The translations under genes were made by a program, and so were the position numbers. The notes beneath the pieces are model-generated. The model was not told where the DNA came from and searched no databases. It worked only from the letters and a program-made list of their open reading frames with translations. A stretch of DNA of 64,000 bases from a virus: the IMG/VR virus record IMGVR_UViG_3300048854_000232, positions 160,618-224,617 of that record; one strand, 5' to 3'. Below, in pieces: positions 36,974 through 46,764 of the stretch (its first letter is position 1; each line of letters starts with the position of its first letter).

Positions 36974-39023
36974 CGCAGTAGTCCTTGAAGTAGGTTTCGA
37001 ATGAAATGTCAAACTCGTTGTGCGGATCGTGGTAGGACTCTTCACTGGCCGTGTTGAAGTACTTGGTCAGCGTGCTGTCCTCGCCCTCGCTCAAGCCATC
37101 GCCACCGGTCATCGCTTCGACCTGTTCTTTCGACCAAGCAAGGATGTCGCTGGAGCGGGTAGAGATGTTCCCGGCATCCCCGGTGTCCAGGAGGATGTGC
37201 ACGAAGTGAACGGGCGTGTCCTGACCCAAACGATCGATGCGGGCCTTAGCCTGGGTCATCTCGTGATCACGGAAAGGCGGGTTCAAGAAGATCGCCTGGT
37301 TGGCCATGACCAAGGGCACGGCCGTCGACAACGACTGGTAGGTCGCCCCCAACGGGTTGATGTCCGGGTCCTTCTCGAAGTGACCGATGATCCCATTGAC
37401 GTTCGCGTTGGTTTCACCGTAGACCAGCAAAGGCTTGAGCCCCAGGTGTTTCCACTCGATGTCCATGGCTTTGAGCGCCTCGACGAACGAGGTGAACACC
37501 ACCGTCTTCTTCGAGGCCTGGTCGATCAGGTCTTTCCACGGCACGTACTTGACCATGTCAGCGTGGCACTGCGCCCGCTTACGGCCCAAGATCTTACCCA
37601 GCGCCTCACCCATGACCTTGAGTTTGACGTACTTGATGATCGCCCGGACGTCACGGAAGTCATCACGCTCCTGCTTATCACGCAGGGAGGGGATGATCTT
37701 CTTCAGCTCGTACGCGTTGCAGAACGCTGCCTGGGCTTTCATCGCTTCCGGATCATAACCCTGACGGATCATCGCCACGTCGCGCTTGTAGGTCTTGAAG
37801 TCCTGCTTCTCTTCCGAGGTCGTTAGCGTCTTCTCATGCACGGCCAAGCAGGTCGCGTAGAGCTTCTCGTACCGCTTCATCTGCGAGGTGTAATACGTCA
37901 TCCGTTCGGTGATGTACTTGGACATCTCCATGCGGATCGCATCCAGCGTGTACTGCTCGCTGTTGGGGATCCTGACCTTGATCGTGGTCGAGGAAGACTT
38001 GTTCTCGATCTCGGCATCGTCGGTCTTCTCTACCTTGAACGAGACCAACCCAATCCGGTTGCGCAGGATGTCCACCGCACGTCCGGCCTTGAAGCCGAAG
38101 ATCTTGCGGAAGCGCATCTCCACATCGGAAGTGAAGTACTTCGCAATCGTCTTCAGGATCGGGATCATCTCGTAACCCATCGCCTTGAGCGGGGTACCCG
38201 AGGACCAGACCACGTGCTGGGTGTTGGTGGTCTTACAGATGTCGATGAACGCGTTGGTTCGCGCAGCGGTGGACTCGTTGAAGTTATGCGACTCATCCAA
38301 CCCGACCAAGAGGTTGTGGGCACCGGCAACCGTGTGGGCCAAGGAGCGAGCCTGCTCCAATGCCTCGTAATGGAAGATCAGGTACTTCTCGTTCTTGTAC
38401 GGCTTGCCTTCTGCGGCGACCCAGTAAGTCTCCTCATGGGTCAGCAACTCGCGAATGGTCTTGACCCAGACCCGTTCCACCGAGTTCTTGGGCACCACCA
38501 GGATAACCTTGTCCGACTTCAAGCACGCGGCCAACGCCAGGATGATCAGGGTCTTACCCGAACCCGGCCGTGCCGAGAGCAGGTAGCCGGTCAGGTCCAT
38601 TGCCGGGACCACTTTGTTGTAGTGCTCCAGAAACGCCCGCTGGTGTTTCAGCAGCGGCAACTTGATCCGGGAGAGCTGACTGAAGTCCAGGATGGCTGGG
38701 TGCTCGGCGGAGATGTTCTTCAGCCAGGTGTTCTCCACCAGCTCCTCGATCAGCCGGGAGATCGTCGAGCCCTTGGTCCAGCCACGCTTGGCCCCGCCAA
38801 TGGTCTCCAAGGCGTAGACCACATCGGGAGCGAAGAACTTCGGAAAGTTGAAGCCGTTCTTGGTCAGGCGGGAGAAGAGCCATTGATTGATCTTCTCGGT
38901 CGACCAGATCCGCCGTACGTCACGAGCGATGAAATCAGCGGGGATGCCATCGACCGACACGTCTGTGGCACTCTCGGTAACTTTGATGGCGCCAAGCATG
39001 CGCCGTAGACTGCCAAAGGCCAT
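36966..39023 (-). CDS. SF2 (SNF2/DEAD-like) helicase
   Basis: ARPGSGKT, LDESH, SGTP and QAKARIDRLGQ motifs; late motif GATTTTATG upstream (39058-39066, minus strand). Confidence 0.9.
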   Translation of the reverse strand: MAFGSLRRMLGAIKVTESATDVSVDGIPADFIARDVRRIWSTEKINQWLFSRLTKNGFNFPKFFAPDVVYALETIGGAKRGWTKGSTISRLIEELVENTWLKNISAEHPAILDFSQLSRIKLPLLKHQRAFLEHYNKVVPAMDLTGYLLSARPGSGKTLIILALAACLKSDKVILVVPKNSVERVWVKTIRELLTHEETYWVAAEGKPYKNEKYLIFHYEALEQARSLAHTVAGAHNLLVGLDESHNFNESTAARTNAFIDICKTTNTQHVVWSSGTPLKAMGYEMIPILKTIAKYFTSDVEMRFRKIFGFKAGRAVDILRNRIGLVSFKVEKTDDAEIENKSSSTTIKVRIPNSEQYTLDAIRMEMSKYITERMTYYTSQMKRYEKLYATCLAVHEKTLTTSEEKQDFKTYKRDVAMIRQGYDPEAMKAQAAFCNAYELKKIIPSLRDKQERDDFRDVRAIIKYVKLKVMGEALGKILGRKRAQCHADMVKYVPWKDLIDQASKKTVVFTSFVEALKAMDIEWKHLGLKPLLVYGETNANVNGIIGHFEKDPDINPLGATYQSLSTAVPLVMANQAIFLNPPFRDHEMTQAKARIDRLGQDTPVHFVHILLDTGDAGNISTRSSDILAWSKEQVEAMTGGDGLSEGEDSTLTKYFNTASEESYHDPHNEFDISFETYFKDYCGE

Positions 39024-39106
39024 GGGGAATCCCTAGTAAGAAGGTAAAGAAACGAATCATAAAATCCTACTTCTTTGCCCTACTTTTTGAATCTCCCTTC
39101 TAGGCC

Positions 39107-39601
39107 ATGACGATGAACGAAGAGCAAGTGGAAAAGGCGCACGTAGGCATCTTCATTGAGAGCCTGCAAACCAACATCGAAAAGCACGGCCACACCTTTC
39201 TCTACGTCGGCGCGGGGGAGCACGGGGAGCCACCGTTCTTCTACACCTTAGGCCTGGCCAACCGTGGCTGGCCCGAGCTCCTGTTGATCGGTCCGATGCC
39301 CCCGACCACGGCGCAGTCATTGCTGAACTCGGTGATCGATCTGTGGAAGGAACGCGAGGCGGCCTACACCGGGATCCTGGAGGACTTCATCCTGATCCGT
39401 GATGGCGGTAAGGCTCGGGCCCGGCTCAACCTGGTGGACCGACGGGTGGCGCACACCTACACGGTGCAGGTAGCTAACGTTCTGAAGATCGGCGATAAGT
39501 ACGAGGTGGTCCAGCTTCTGTGGCCTGACCAAAGCGGCGTGCTGCCTGACGAAGAAGGCTTCGCCCTACCCGACCTGCAGACCGTTTTACCGGTCGTCTG
39601 A
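39107..39601 (+). CDS. DUF4262-family protein (paralogue)
   Basis: FFYTLGL..GWPELLLIG...QLLWPDQSGVLP. Confidence 0.75.
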   Translation: MTMNEEQVEKAHVGIFIESLQTNIEKHGHTFLYVGAGEHGEPPFFYTLGLANRGWPELLLIGPMPPTTAQSLLNSVIDLWKEREAAYTGILEDFILIRDGGKARARLNLVDRRVAHTYTVQVANVLKIGDKYEVVQLLWPDQSGVLPDEEGFALPDLQTVLPVV

Positions 39602-39695
39602 AAGCAGGGCCTACGGACCTTGCTTTTTATTTGTGCCGGGAAACCGATTTTATGACTAAATTGGTTTCGCCCCCTCGCTTTCAAGGTACAGGCCC

Positions 39696-40313
39696 ATGGC
39701 ACTCGATTTGACCAAGACCGGTGCGCAGCTCATCTACGACCTGCTCAACGCCGCCAATCCCAACCCGCGACACGGTGCGTTCTCCCCGACCAATGTGACG
39801 CTGGGTGCGGTTTCGACGCTGACCGGGGATGTGTCGGGTAAGAATACCAAGGTCACTGTCACCGCGGTGGCAGGCCAAGGCTACTCCGGCAGCCAGACCA
39901 TCAAGTTCAACCGCATCGACATCAACGCGCTCTTTATTCAGAAAGGGATCCCCGCCCTTTCGTTCCCGAACGCCAACTACACCCAGTCCACCGACTTCCT
40001 GGCGTACTTGAACAGCACCCACAGCCTGAACCTGACCGCTGCCGATGTGGTGCTGGAGACGCTGCCTGCTGACGATGACGTCACTGGCCTGATTACTTAC
40101 ACCTTGCAGATCGCCTCGACTTGCAAGACCTTCATTGGCACGCTGCCGTTGACCATTACCCCGCTGACCATCCAGTTGGCTCGCGCGTTCAAGGGTAACG
40201 TGTTGAACGGTTTCGTCCCGCCCGATACCACCCGTGTGAACTTGGCCACTGCCCTGACCGGCAAGCAGCTGGGACTCTTCACCGTGGCCCAGCTAACGGG
40301 CCAAGCGACATAA
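39696..40313 (+). CDS. Tail-fibre family protein (single module)
   Basis: FSPTNVTLGA...KNTKVTVTAVAGQGYSGSQTIKFNRIDI; late motif at 39646-39654. Confidence 0.65.
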   Translation: MALDLTKTGAQLIYDLLNAANPNPRHGAFSPTNVTLGAVSTLTGDVSGKNTKVTVTAVAGQGYSGSQTIKFNRIDINALFIQKGIPALSFPNANYTQSTDFLAYLNSTHSLNLTAADVVLETLPADDDVTGLITYTLQIASTCKTFIGTLPLTITPLTIQLARAFKGNVLNGFVPPDTTRVNLATALTGKQLGLFTVAQLTGQAT

Positions 40314-40359
40314 AGAAAGCCCCTCCTCTAGCCCGAAAGCTAGAGGAGGGCTTATGCCG
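40306..40359. terminator. Bidirectional terminator
   Basis: CGACATA...CCCTCCTCTAGC / GCTAGAGGAGGG CTTATGCCG. Confidence 0.8.
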
Positions 40360-40366
40360 CTGTTGA

Positions 40367-43072
40367 TTAAATTGCCTGTCCTTTGGCAAAGCCGGTCGGG
40401 GCCGGATAGGTGAGCGTAGCGGGAGACATGTGCAGACCCACCGACTGTGCTTGCTGCCCACTGGCGTTACCACGCACGGTACCGATCGCGGGTAGGTACG
40501 AACCGGCAGACCAGTCAACCGTCACCATGGGCAAGGTGCCCGTTGACGGGTTACCCTGCATCCACACACCGTTCCTGGAGTACCACAACTTCACCGCGGT
40601 CAGATCCGTCGCATCGCACGCAATACCGATCACGTCACCGGTGAGCCCGGCGGGTCCAATCACACCGGCTACGTTGTTCATGAACAACGCACCATGGCCG
40701 TTGGGACCATCCTGAGCCGTGAGGTAGCCGACCGAGTTGGTGCCCGCCTGATGACCAGGCCAGGTGGAGGCGACAGCTTCGGTCGACAGCTTGTAACCGA
40801 TATAGACCGTATTCCAGTTGTTGATCGTATTGCCGTTACCAAGCGCGATACAGGCCACTTCCCAGTAATGCTTAATCGGGATGAGGAACCCACCCGCCGA
40901 CACCACACCTGCACCGGAGAGCGTGTCGTTACGGGTCGCGGTAAGGGCCGGACTACCCGTGAGCGTGATGTTGGTGTGCTTCTGACCACCCGTGAACGAC
41001 AACCACTGTCCGCGGTTGACCTGCAAGGACTGCACTGGACTGACGATCGTCTCGCCGTCCGCCGTGTCCACAGCGATGTAGTAGTTCTTCGCCGAGGCTG
41101 CCGTACCGGTAGCCGTACCCGAAAGCACGACGTTGTTGCCGGAGATCGTTAGCGCCAAGCCGGCTGGCAAGGTTGCCGTGGCATTGGCCGCTGTGGTGTC
41201 CAGCCGCGGGTTGGAGAACGGCGCTGCACCCGTCAAAGCGAGACCGGAGGAGTACGCCGTACCGATAGTCACATCCGGGGTGAGTGAGCCACCGATCGTG
41301 GGCGCCGGCGCCTGGCTGAGCAAACCAATCGTACCCGTGCCAGTGAACGCAAGCGAGGTCGCGTTGGCTTGGATCGAGTAGTTGACCGTGCTGCCGTCGG
41401 ACGGATTGGTCGGCAAGGCCTCAACGACGATGTCGGCTGCAACCAGTGCATACCCCGTTGCGGTGTTGATAGCTGCCAACAGATCGCTCGAGGAGGCCTG
41501 TGTGGTCCAGGACTGCGCTGGCACGTGGCCAGTGATCACCGTGGCAAAGTCCAGACGGTTGTACTTGATCGTCTTGGCATGGACGTAACCGCCGGAGGAG
41601 CCAGTTACCACCAACGAGGTGTTGCGCAGAGATGCATCACCCGACAACGCAGTGATTGCAGTGATCGCGACGTTACTCGCCGACAATGCAACCGGCAACG
41701 TGGGGTTGTCGGCATTCAGTCGAGAGAAGAACGCCGGGCCGGAGGCCTTACCGACCGCATCGGCGGACACCAGACCAGTCAAGGTCGGGTTGGTGATCAG
41801 CAGATCCAGCTCACCGTCAATAACGATCGTCTGAGTCACACTGTTGGCCGTCTGACCATCGTCGGAGTCCACCCTCACCGTAAAGGCGAAGGTGCCCATG
41901 GTCGTGCTGTTGCCGGCCAGAGAAACGGTGGAGTTGACAATCGATAGCGACAGGCCCGCAGGCACTGCACCCGTGGCCAACCGCACGTTCTCGTAGATAC
42001 CGTTACCACCGGCAATCGCAATTGTGGACGAGTACGCTGAACCCACGTTGGAGGGAGTGGCGAACGTACCGGTCAAGGTCAGCGTGGCATAGGAGCCCGG
42101 ATACTTCAGCACCGTCCCGGCATTGAACAGCAGGTGGCCATCGACCGGGGTCATGGTCACGCCCTGATAACCGCCGGGGAGCGTCGCCAAGGCGCTCGTG
42201 GTCACATCCGAGGTCGACAGCTTCGCCCCGTAGCGCGTGTTGAACGAGGTTACGAAATCCGACAGGCTCGTCTGCCCGGCAGCCGGGAGGATATTGCTCG
42301 GGTTGGCCGAGGCGGCAATCAGATCCGCCAAGCCCACCCGGTCGTATTTGATTGTGACCGAATTGGCAAAGCCCTTGCCCGCGATACCCGTCAACACGAC
42401 CGAGGTGTTCTTGTTGGAGGCATCACCCGACAGAACGATCGGTGCAGCAGCGGTCACGTTAACGTTGGTCAGGAAGCGACCAATGCCTGGGTTGTTGCTA
42501 TTGACCTGACTCAGCAGGGCCTGGGTCAACGGTAGGTTAGTCGAGAGGATCGCCGCCGCCGTGGGGCCGGTCAGTACCGGCTGGGCAACAACCACAGCCA
42601 ACGACAGGTCTGCTGGCACGTAGGTGATCGGAATCGAGCCGACAAACGCCAACGATGTAGCATTCGCTGCCAAGGTGAAAGCGATCTGCCCTGTCGCCGG
42701 ATCGGCCGCTGGCAGGTTACCGGTGATGATATCCGCCGCGACCATGTTGATGCCGAAGGTCGTGTTAAAGATCGGCAGGACATCCGCTATCATTGTCTCG
42801 GTGGTCAGAGGGAAGACATTCGCCCCCGGCACACTATCCAGAATATCGGCCATCGACACGCGATCGTAGTACGCCGTGGTCAACCCGCTGTAACTGGTAC
42901 CGGCTTTGGCTGCGATGGAAACCATCGAGTTCTTGCTGATACTGGTATCGGTGTTGACCGACGGTGCACCCACGGTGATGTTGGTGGGCGACAGCGGAAC
43001 AGTGAGCTGAGGGTTGGCCTCGTTCAGCTTATTGTAGAACAGCTGAGAACTGGTAACCGCGCTATTGGTCAT
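40367..43072 (-). CDS. Tail fibre/receptor-binding protein: three fibre modules, two Ig-like domains, C-terminal SPRY-like domain
   Basis: Repeated module (NT.V.....G.GY....I.YDR.L); PAGLSL...G.....F..F Ig-like segments; KHYWEV...GDVIGIACD..LWYSRNGVW. Confidence 0.7.
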   Translation of the reverse strand: MTNSAVTSSQLFYNKLNEANPQLTVPLSPTNITVGAPSVNTDTSISKNSMVSIAAKAGTSYSGLTTAYYDRVSMADILDSVPGANVFPLTTETMIADVLPIFNTTFGINMVAADIITGNLPAADPATGQIAFTLAANATSLAFVGSIPITYVPADLSLAVVVAQPVLTGPTAAAILSTNLPLTQALLSQVNSNNPGIGRFLTNVNVTAAAPIVLSGDASNKNTSVVLTGIAGKGFANSVTIKYDRVGLADLIAASANPSNILPAAGQTSLSDFVTSFNTRYGAKLSTSDVTTSALATLPGGYQGVTMTPVDGHLLFNAGTVLKYPGSYATLTLTGTFATPSNVGSAYSSTIAIAGGNGIYENVRLATGAVPAGLSLSIVNSTVSLAGNSTTMGTFAFTVRVDSDDGQTANSVTQTIVIDGELDLLITNPTLTGLVSADAVGKASGPAFFSRLNADNPTLPVALSASNVAITAITALSGDASLRNTSLVVTGSSGGYVHAKTIKYNRLDFATVITGHVPAQSWTTQASSSDLLAAINTATGYALVAADIVVEALPTNPSDGSTVNYSIQANATSLAFTGTGTIGLLSQAPAPTIGGSLTPDVTIGTAYSSGLALTGAAPFSNPRLDTTAANATATLPAGLALTISGNNVVLSGTATGTAASAKNYYIAVDTADGETIVSPVQSLQVNRGQWLSFTGGQKHTNITLTGSPALTATRNDTLSGAGVVSAGGFLIPIKHYWEVACIALGNGNTINNWNTVYIGYKLSTEAVASTWPGHQAGTNSVGYLTAQDGPNGHGALFMNNVAGVIGPAGLTGDVIGIACDATDLTAVKLWYSRNGVWMQGNPSTGTLPMVTVDWSAGSYLPAIGTVRGNASGQQAQSVGLHMSPATLTYPAPTGFAKGQAI

Positions 43073-43156
43073 GGGAGGCTCGCTGTAGAAAGTAAAAGCT
43101 TAGACATAAAATGGGAAGGCGACAGCCCCCGAAGAGACCGTCGCCTTCCTTAGCGC

Positions 43157-44554
43157 TTACGTGGTGAAGGGAGACGCAAAGCCCGCAGGTGCCGAACTTT
43201 GCCAATCCAACGAGGACATGCGCAGAGAGATCTTCGGTGGCGCGGCTGTGCCAAGCGCTGTGCCGAACGTGGCGCCGGCGCAAGGGAAGAGGGACTTACC
43301 CTTACTGTCAAAGACAAACGTCGGTGCTGCTCCGGTGGCCGGGTTGGATGCCGCACCTGTAGTGTCTTGGGGGTAGCTACCGTTCGGGCGAATCCAGACC
43401 TTAACGTTGGCCGGATCCGTCGCATCCACGGCCATGCCTATGGCCGTTGCATGCCAAAAGAGGCCGCCGAACTGCTGCCCGAGCCCGCCGAGTAATGCGC
43501 CAGGATACAGCTGACCACCGCTACGCATCTCGCCGGTGAACTGCTGTACCATCCAGGCGCCGGCGTAATCGCTGGGCCAAGTACCGTCCAATGGCAGGTC
43601 GGGATCGCACAGACCCAACTCGATGACATTGTCACCGCCCACCCAATACACATCGAACTGGAAGTACCATTTCTTCGTGCCCGTGGTCAGATCGAATGCG
43701 CCTTTGGCCTTTCCGATCAATTTGTCGGTACCCGTCAACGTCCACCGAAACCCATCCGAGGTAATCGCGCCATTGAACTGTGTCGCCCAGCCCGTCACCG
43801 TCGCCGGGTGGATAATCACCGTGCGGGACTGTGATGTACCCAGTCCCTGTAACGTGTAGGTGAATGTATACGTTCCCGGGGTCGTGGGTGTACCCGTCAT
43901 GGAGATCTGATTTTGACCCGCGCCCTGCCCTGTGATCTGCGAGACGGTCAAACCAGGTGGGACGGCGCCGGAGGTTGTCACGCTGGACCACGAAGCGCCG
44001 GCCCAGATGACCGGCGCCGACTGAAACGGTTGCCCCACCTTACCCGGTCGAAAGACCCCGTAATCGCCGTCCTGCGAGATAAACCCAGCGCCCGCATGGT
44101 TGTAGGTTAGCGTGACCGTGCCGGTGTAGCCAACCGAGTTGTTGGCTGCAACACAGCCATAGGTCAGGTTGGTTTGCGGGGTATTGCCCAAAATCTGCGG
44201 AGCAAGATCGCGCATGGCATGCGCCAGACCAAACTTGGCCTTCTGCAAATTCCACATACTCGTACCGGTCGCGTTGATATCACTCACGGCCGCGATGGCC
44301 ACGGTGGGATTGATAAATGCCGTAGCCAACGGCACGCGGTTGTAATACACCCACGTACCGCCCTTCATGGTTGGGACCAGTTTCACGATCGTGCGGACAA
44401 ACGCCTTGGTGTTCGCTCCGCCGTTGGCGTTGGCTTCGGCCGTGGTGGTGGCCTGCACCTGCTCCACCGCCACATCGCGATAGGTAAGGCTGGTGCCGTT
44501 GGCCGTGTTGATCTTAAGCAACAGGGCCTCAAGGGTATTAACTTGGGTTGCCAT
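43157..44554 (-). CDS. Tail fibre protein with Ig-like and SPRY-like domains
   Basis: GAVPPGLTV..GTPTTPGTYTFT; KWYFQF...IGMAVDA..VWIRPNG. Confidence 0.7.
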   Translation of the reverse strand: MATQVNTLEALLLKINTANGTSLTYRDVAVEQVQATTTAEANANGGANTKAFVRTIVKLVPTMKGGTWVYYNRVPLATAFINPTVAIAAVSDINATGTSMWNLQKAKFGLAHAMRDLAPQILGNTPQTNLTYGCVAANNSVGYTGTVTLTYNHAGAGFISQDGDYGVFRPGKVGQPFQSAPVIWAGASWSSVTTSGAVPPGLTVSQITGQGAGQNQISMTGTPTTPGTYTFTYTLQGLGTSQSRTVIIHPATVTGWATQFNGAITSDGFRWTLTGTDKLIGKAKGAFDLTTGTKKWYFQFDVYWVGGDNVIELGLCDPDLPLDGTWPSDYAGAWMVQQFTGEMRSGGQLYPGALLGGLGQQFGGLFWHATAIGMAVDATDPANVKVWIRPNGSYPQDTTGAASNPATGAAPTFVFDSKGKSLFPCAGATFGTALGTAAPPKISLRMSSLDWQSSAPAGFASPFTT

Positions 44555-44566
44555 AGTCAGAGGTCC

Positions 44567-45922
44567 TTAGATGGTAGCTTTCATGTCAGCCAGAACCAGA
44601 CCCGGCGTGAGGTTCGTCGTTGCGATGGCCGTGGACAGGTCGGTCAAAGCACCGCCGTTGGCAACGAGAGTCTGTACGGGGGAGGTCGCCGTCTGGCCAT
44701 CATCCGAATCCACCGCAATGGTGAAGCTGAAGTTGGCACCCACGGCATCGGGTGTACCCGAAAGCACGATGTTGTTGCCCGAAATCGCCAGCGTGAGGTA
44801 GCTCGGCTTCGAACCACTGGCCACGCGGGGGTTACTGTAGTTACCACTACCGCCTGTGATCGCCAGCGTCGAGCTATACGGCATTGCGCTGGTGAGAGCG
44901 TGCGAGAGTGTACCTGCCAGGGTCAGCGTGGCGTAGGAGACCAGGTACTTGACCGTCGCGCCATCGTTGAACAGCGGATGGCCTGCCACCGGATTGAGCA
45001 CCACGCCCTTGTAGCTGTTGGGCAGCGCGACCACCGCATCGGTCAGCGCGTTACTGATCTCTGAGGCCAGGATCTTGGTGCCGTACCGGGTATTGAAGCT
45101 GGCCAGCATATCCGCCACCGTCGCCTGTCCGGTGTTCGGAACCACGTTGCTGGGATTGGCCGAACCGGCAATCAGATCAGCGAAGGTCACACGGTTGTAC
45201 TTGAAGACTTGCTGATCGCGAATGCCCTTGCCCATGATGCCGGTCAGGGTGATCGAGGTATTCTTGCCCGAGGCGTCGCCTGAGAGCGCCGTCACCGCGC
45301 CCGGGGTGATGTTCACCGTCGAAAGCTGACGCGTAAAGGTCGGGTTATCGACGTTGACACGCTGGTAGATCACCTGCAGACCGCTGTAGGTTGAGGCAAC
45401 GATGTACACTGCCGTCAAACCCGTAAGGGTGGTCGTAGTGATTCCCGTGTTGAGCGACAGATCGCTGGGCACGTAGATGAACGGCGTGCTACCCATGAAG
45501 GCCAGGGACGAGGCAGCGGCAGCCAGGGTAAAGTTGATCTGGCCGGTGGCCGGATCGGGACTGCCCAGTGGGCCATCGATGATATCCGCTGCCACCATGT
45601 TCACCGCGAAGGTCGCATTGAATGAGGCCAGACAGTCCGAGATCTTGGTCTGGTTGGTGTAGGGGAACGTGTTGGACCCTGCCACCGTGGCGACAATGTC
45701 AGCCATGGTCACGCGGTCGTAGTAGGCCGTGGCCAGACCGCTGTAGGTGGTTCCGGCCTTCGCGGTGACCTGAACCATCGAATTCTTGGTGATTGACGAG
45801 TCCGTGTTCGTCGTGGGGACGCCCACCGTCACGTTGTCTGGCGACAATGGCGTAAGGAGCTGGGGGTTGGCTTCGTTCAGCTTGTTATAGAACAGCTGCG
45901 AGCTGGTAACAACGCCACTCAT
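44567..45922 (-). CDS. Tail fibre paralogue (two modules + Ig-like domain)
   Basis: Near-colinear copy of the N-terminal half of 40367-43072 (VTSSQLFYNKLNEANPQL...VDSDDGQTA). Confidence 0.75.
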   Translation of the reverse strand: MSGVVTSSQLFYNKLNEANPQLLTPLSPDNVTVGVPTTNTDSSITKNSMVQVTAKAGTTYSGLATAYYDRVTMADIVATVAGSNTFPYTNQTKISDCLASFNATFAVNMVAADIIDGPLGSPDPATGQINFTLAAAASSLAFMGSTPFIYVPSDLSLNTGITTTTLTGLTAVYIVASTYSGLQVIYQRVNVDNPTFTRQLSTVNITPGAVTALSGDASGKNTSITLTGIMGKGIRDQQVFKYNRVTFADLIAGSANPSNVVPNTGQATVADMLASFNTRYGTKILASEISNALTDAVVALPNSYKGVVLNPVAGHPLFNDGATVKYLVSYATLTLAGTLSHALTSAMPYSSTLAITGGSGNYSNPRVASGSKPSYLTLAISGNNIVLSGTPDAVGANFSFTIAVDSDDGQTATSPVQTLVANGGALTDLSTAIATTNLTPGLVLADMKATI

Positions 45923-46080
45923 GTGGGGACTCCTGAGAGGAAAGGCGATAGAGCCCGGAAAGGGTCATAAGTTTAGCCAGTCGCCCCCTTAAGATTTTTA
46001 CAGCACCCCGCCATGGGATGAAACCGGTGCCTACCATAGCGTATGAGTCACATCACACGCACTCTTGCGAGGAACAGAGT

Positions 46081-46761
46081 ATGGGGATCGGAATGATTAG
46101 CACGTGGATCATGAGTAAGGTGAGCCTGAAGGGCTTTCTCATCCTGATCGCGCTGTGTTCGTGCAGTTACCTGGGCTACGAAGGTTACAACTGGATTTAC
46201 AATCGGGGCGCTGCCCACCAGTTGACGGCCATCGACCAGCCCAAGATCGACACCGCCGTTAAGGCGCAGGCCAAGGCTGAGGCAGACAAAGCGGCCTACG
46301 TCCAGACTTACAATGACTGGATCACCACGACCAATGCGAGCAACGCCGCGCTGATCGCGCAGCAGAAAGCCACCATCGACAAACTTCAGACCCAAGCCAA
46401 TCAGCTCCCGGCTCTGGTCCAAGCCAACGAGAAGCTCAAACATGAAATCACTTCGTACATCTCCGCTCAAGTGGATGCTGCTTGCGTACTGCCTGTCGGC
46501 TTTGTCCGCCTGTACAACAGCTCCGTCCAAGCCGACTCCCCCGCCGGGACCGGAACTGACGTTCCCGCAAGCCTTGCCGGAAATGACGCAAGCCCGTCCG
46601 GCATTGCGTGCAGTGTCATGGCCAGCGTCCTCCTCGACAACACCAACGAAGCCGTAATCCGTGGCAAGCTCTTGGGGATGTGGCAAACCTGGTACGCGGA
46701 GAACTCCGCTAACTTCAACGCAGCAGCCAAAGCCAAAGCCGCGGCCATTCCCAAGGAGTAA
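46081..46761 (+). CDS. Rz-like inner-membrane spanin
   Basis: N-terminal transmembrane segment, coiled coil, and DAACVLPVGFVRLYN motif. Confidence 0.75.
   Translation: MGIGMISTWIMSKVSLKGFLILIALCSCSYLGYEGYNWIYNRGAAHQLTAIDQPKIDTAVKAQAKAEADKAAYVQTYNDWITTTNASNAALIAQQKATIDKLQTQANQLPALVQANEKLKHEITSYISAQVDAACVLPVGFVRLYNSSVQADSPAGTGTDVPASLAGNDASPSGIACSVMASVLLDNTNEAVIRGKLLGMWQTWYAENSANFNAAAKAKAAAIPKE
46442..46657 (+). CDS. Embedded Rz1-like outer-membrane lipoprotein spanin
   Basis: +1 frame inside the Rz-like gene; lipobox LSA-C followed by a Pro-rich segment. Confidence 0.5.
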   Translation: MKSLRTSPLKWMLLAYCLSALSACTTAPSKPTPPPGPELTFPQALPEMTQARPALRAVSWPASSSTTPTKP

Positions 46762-46764
46762 GCG

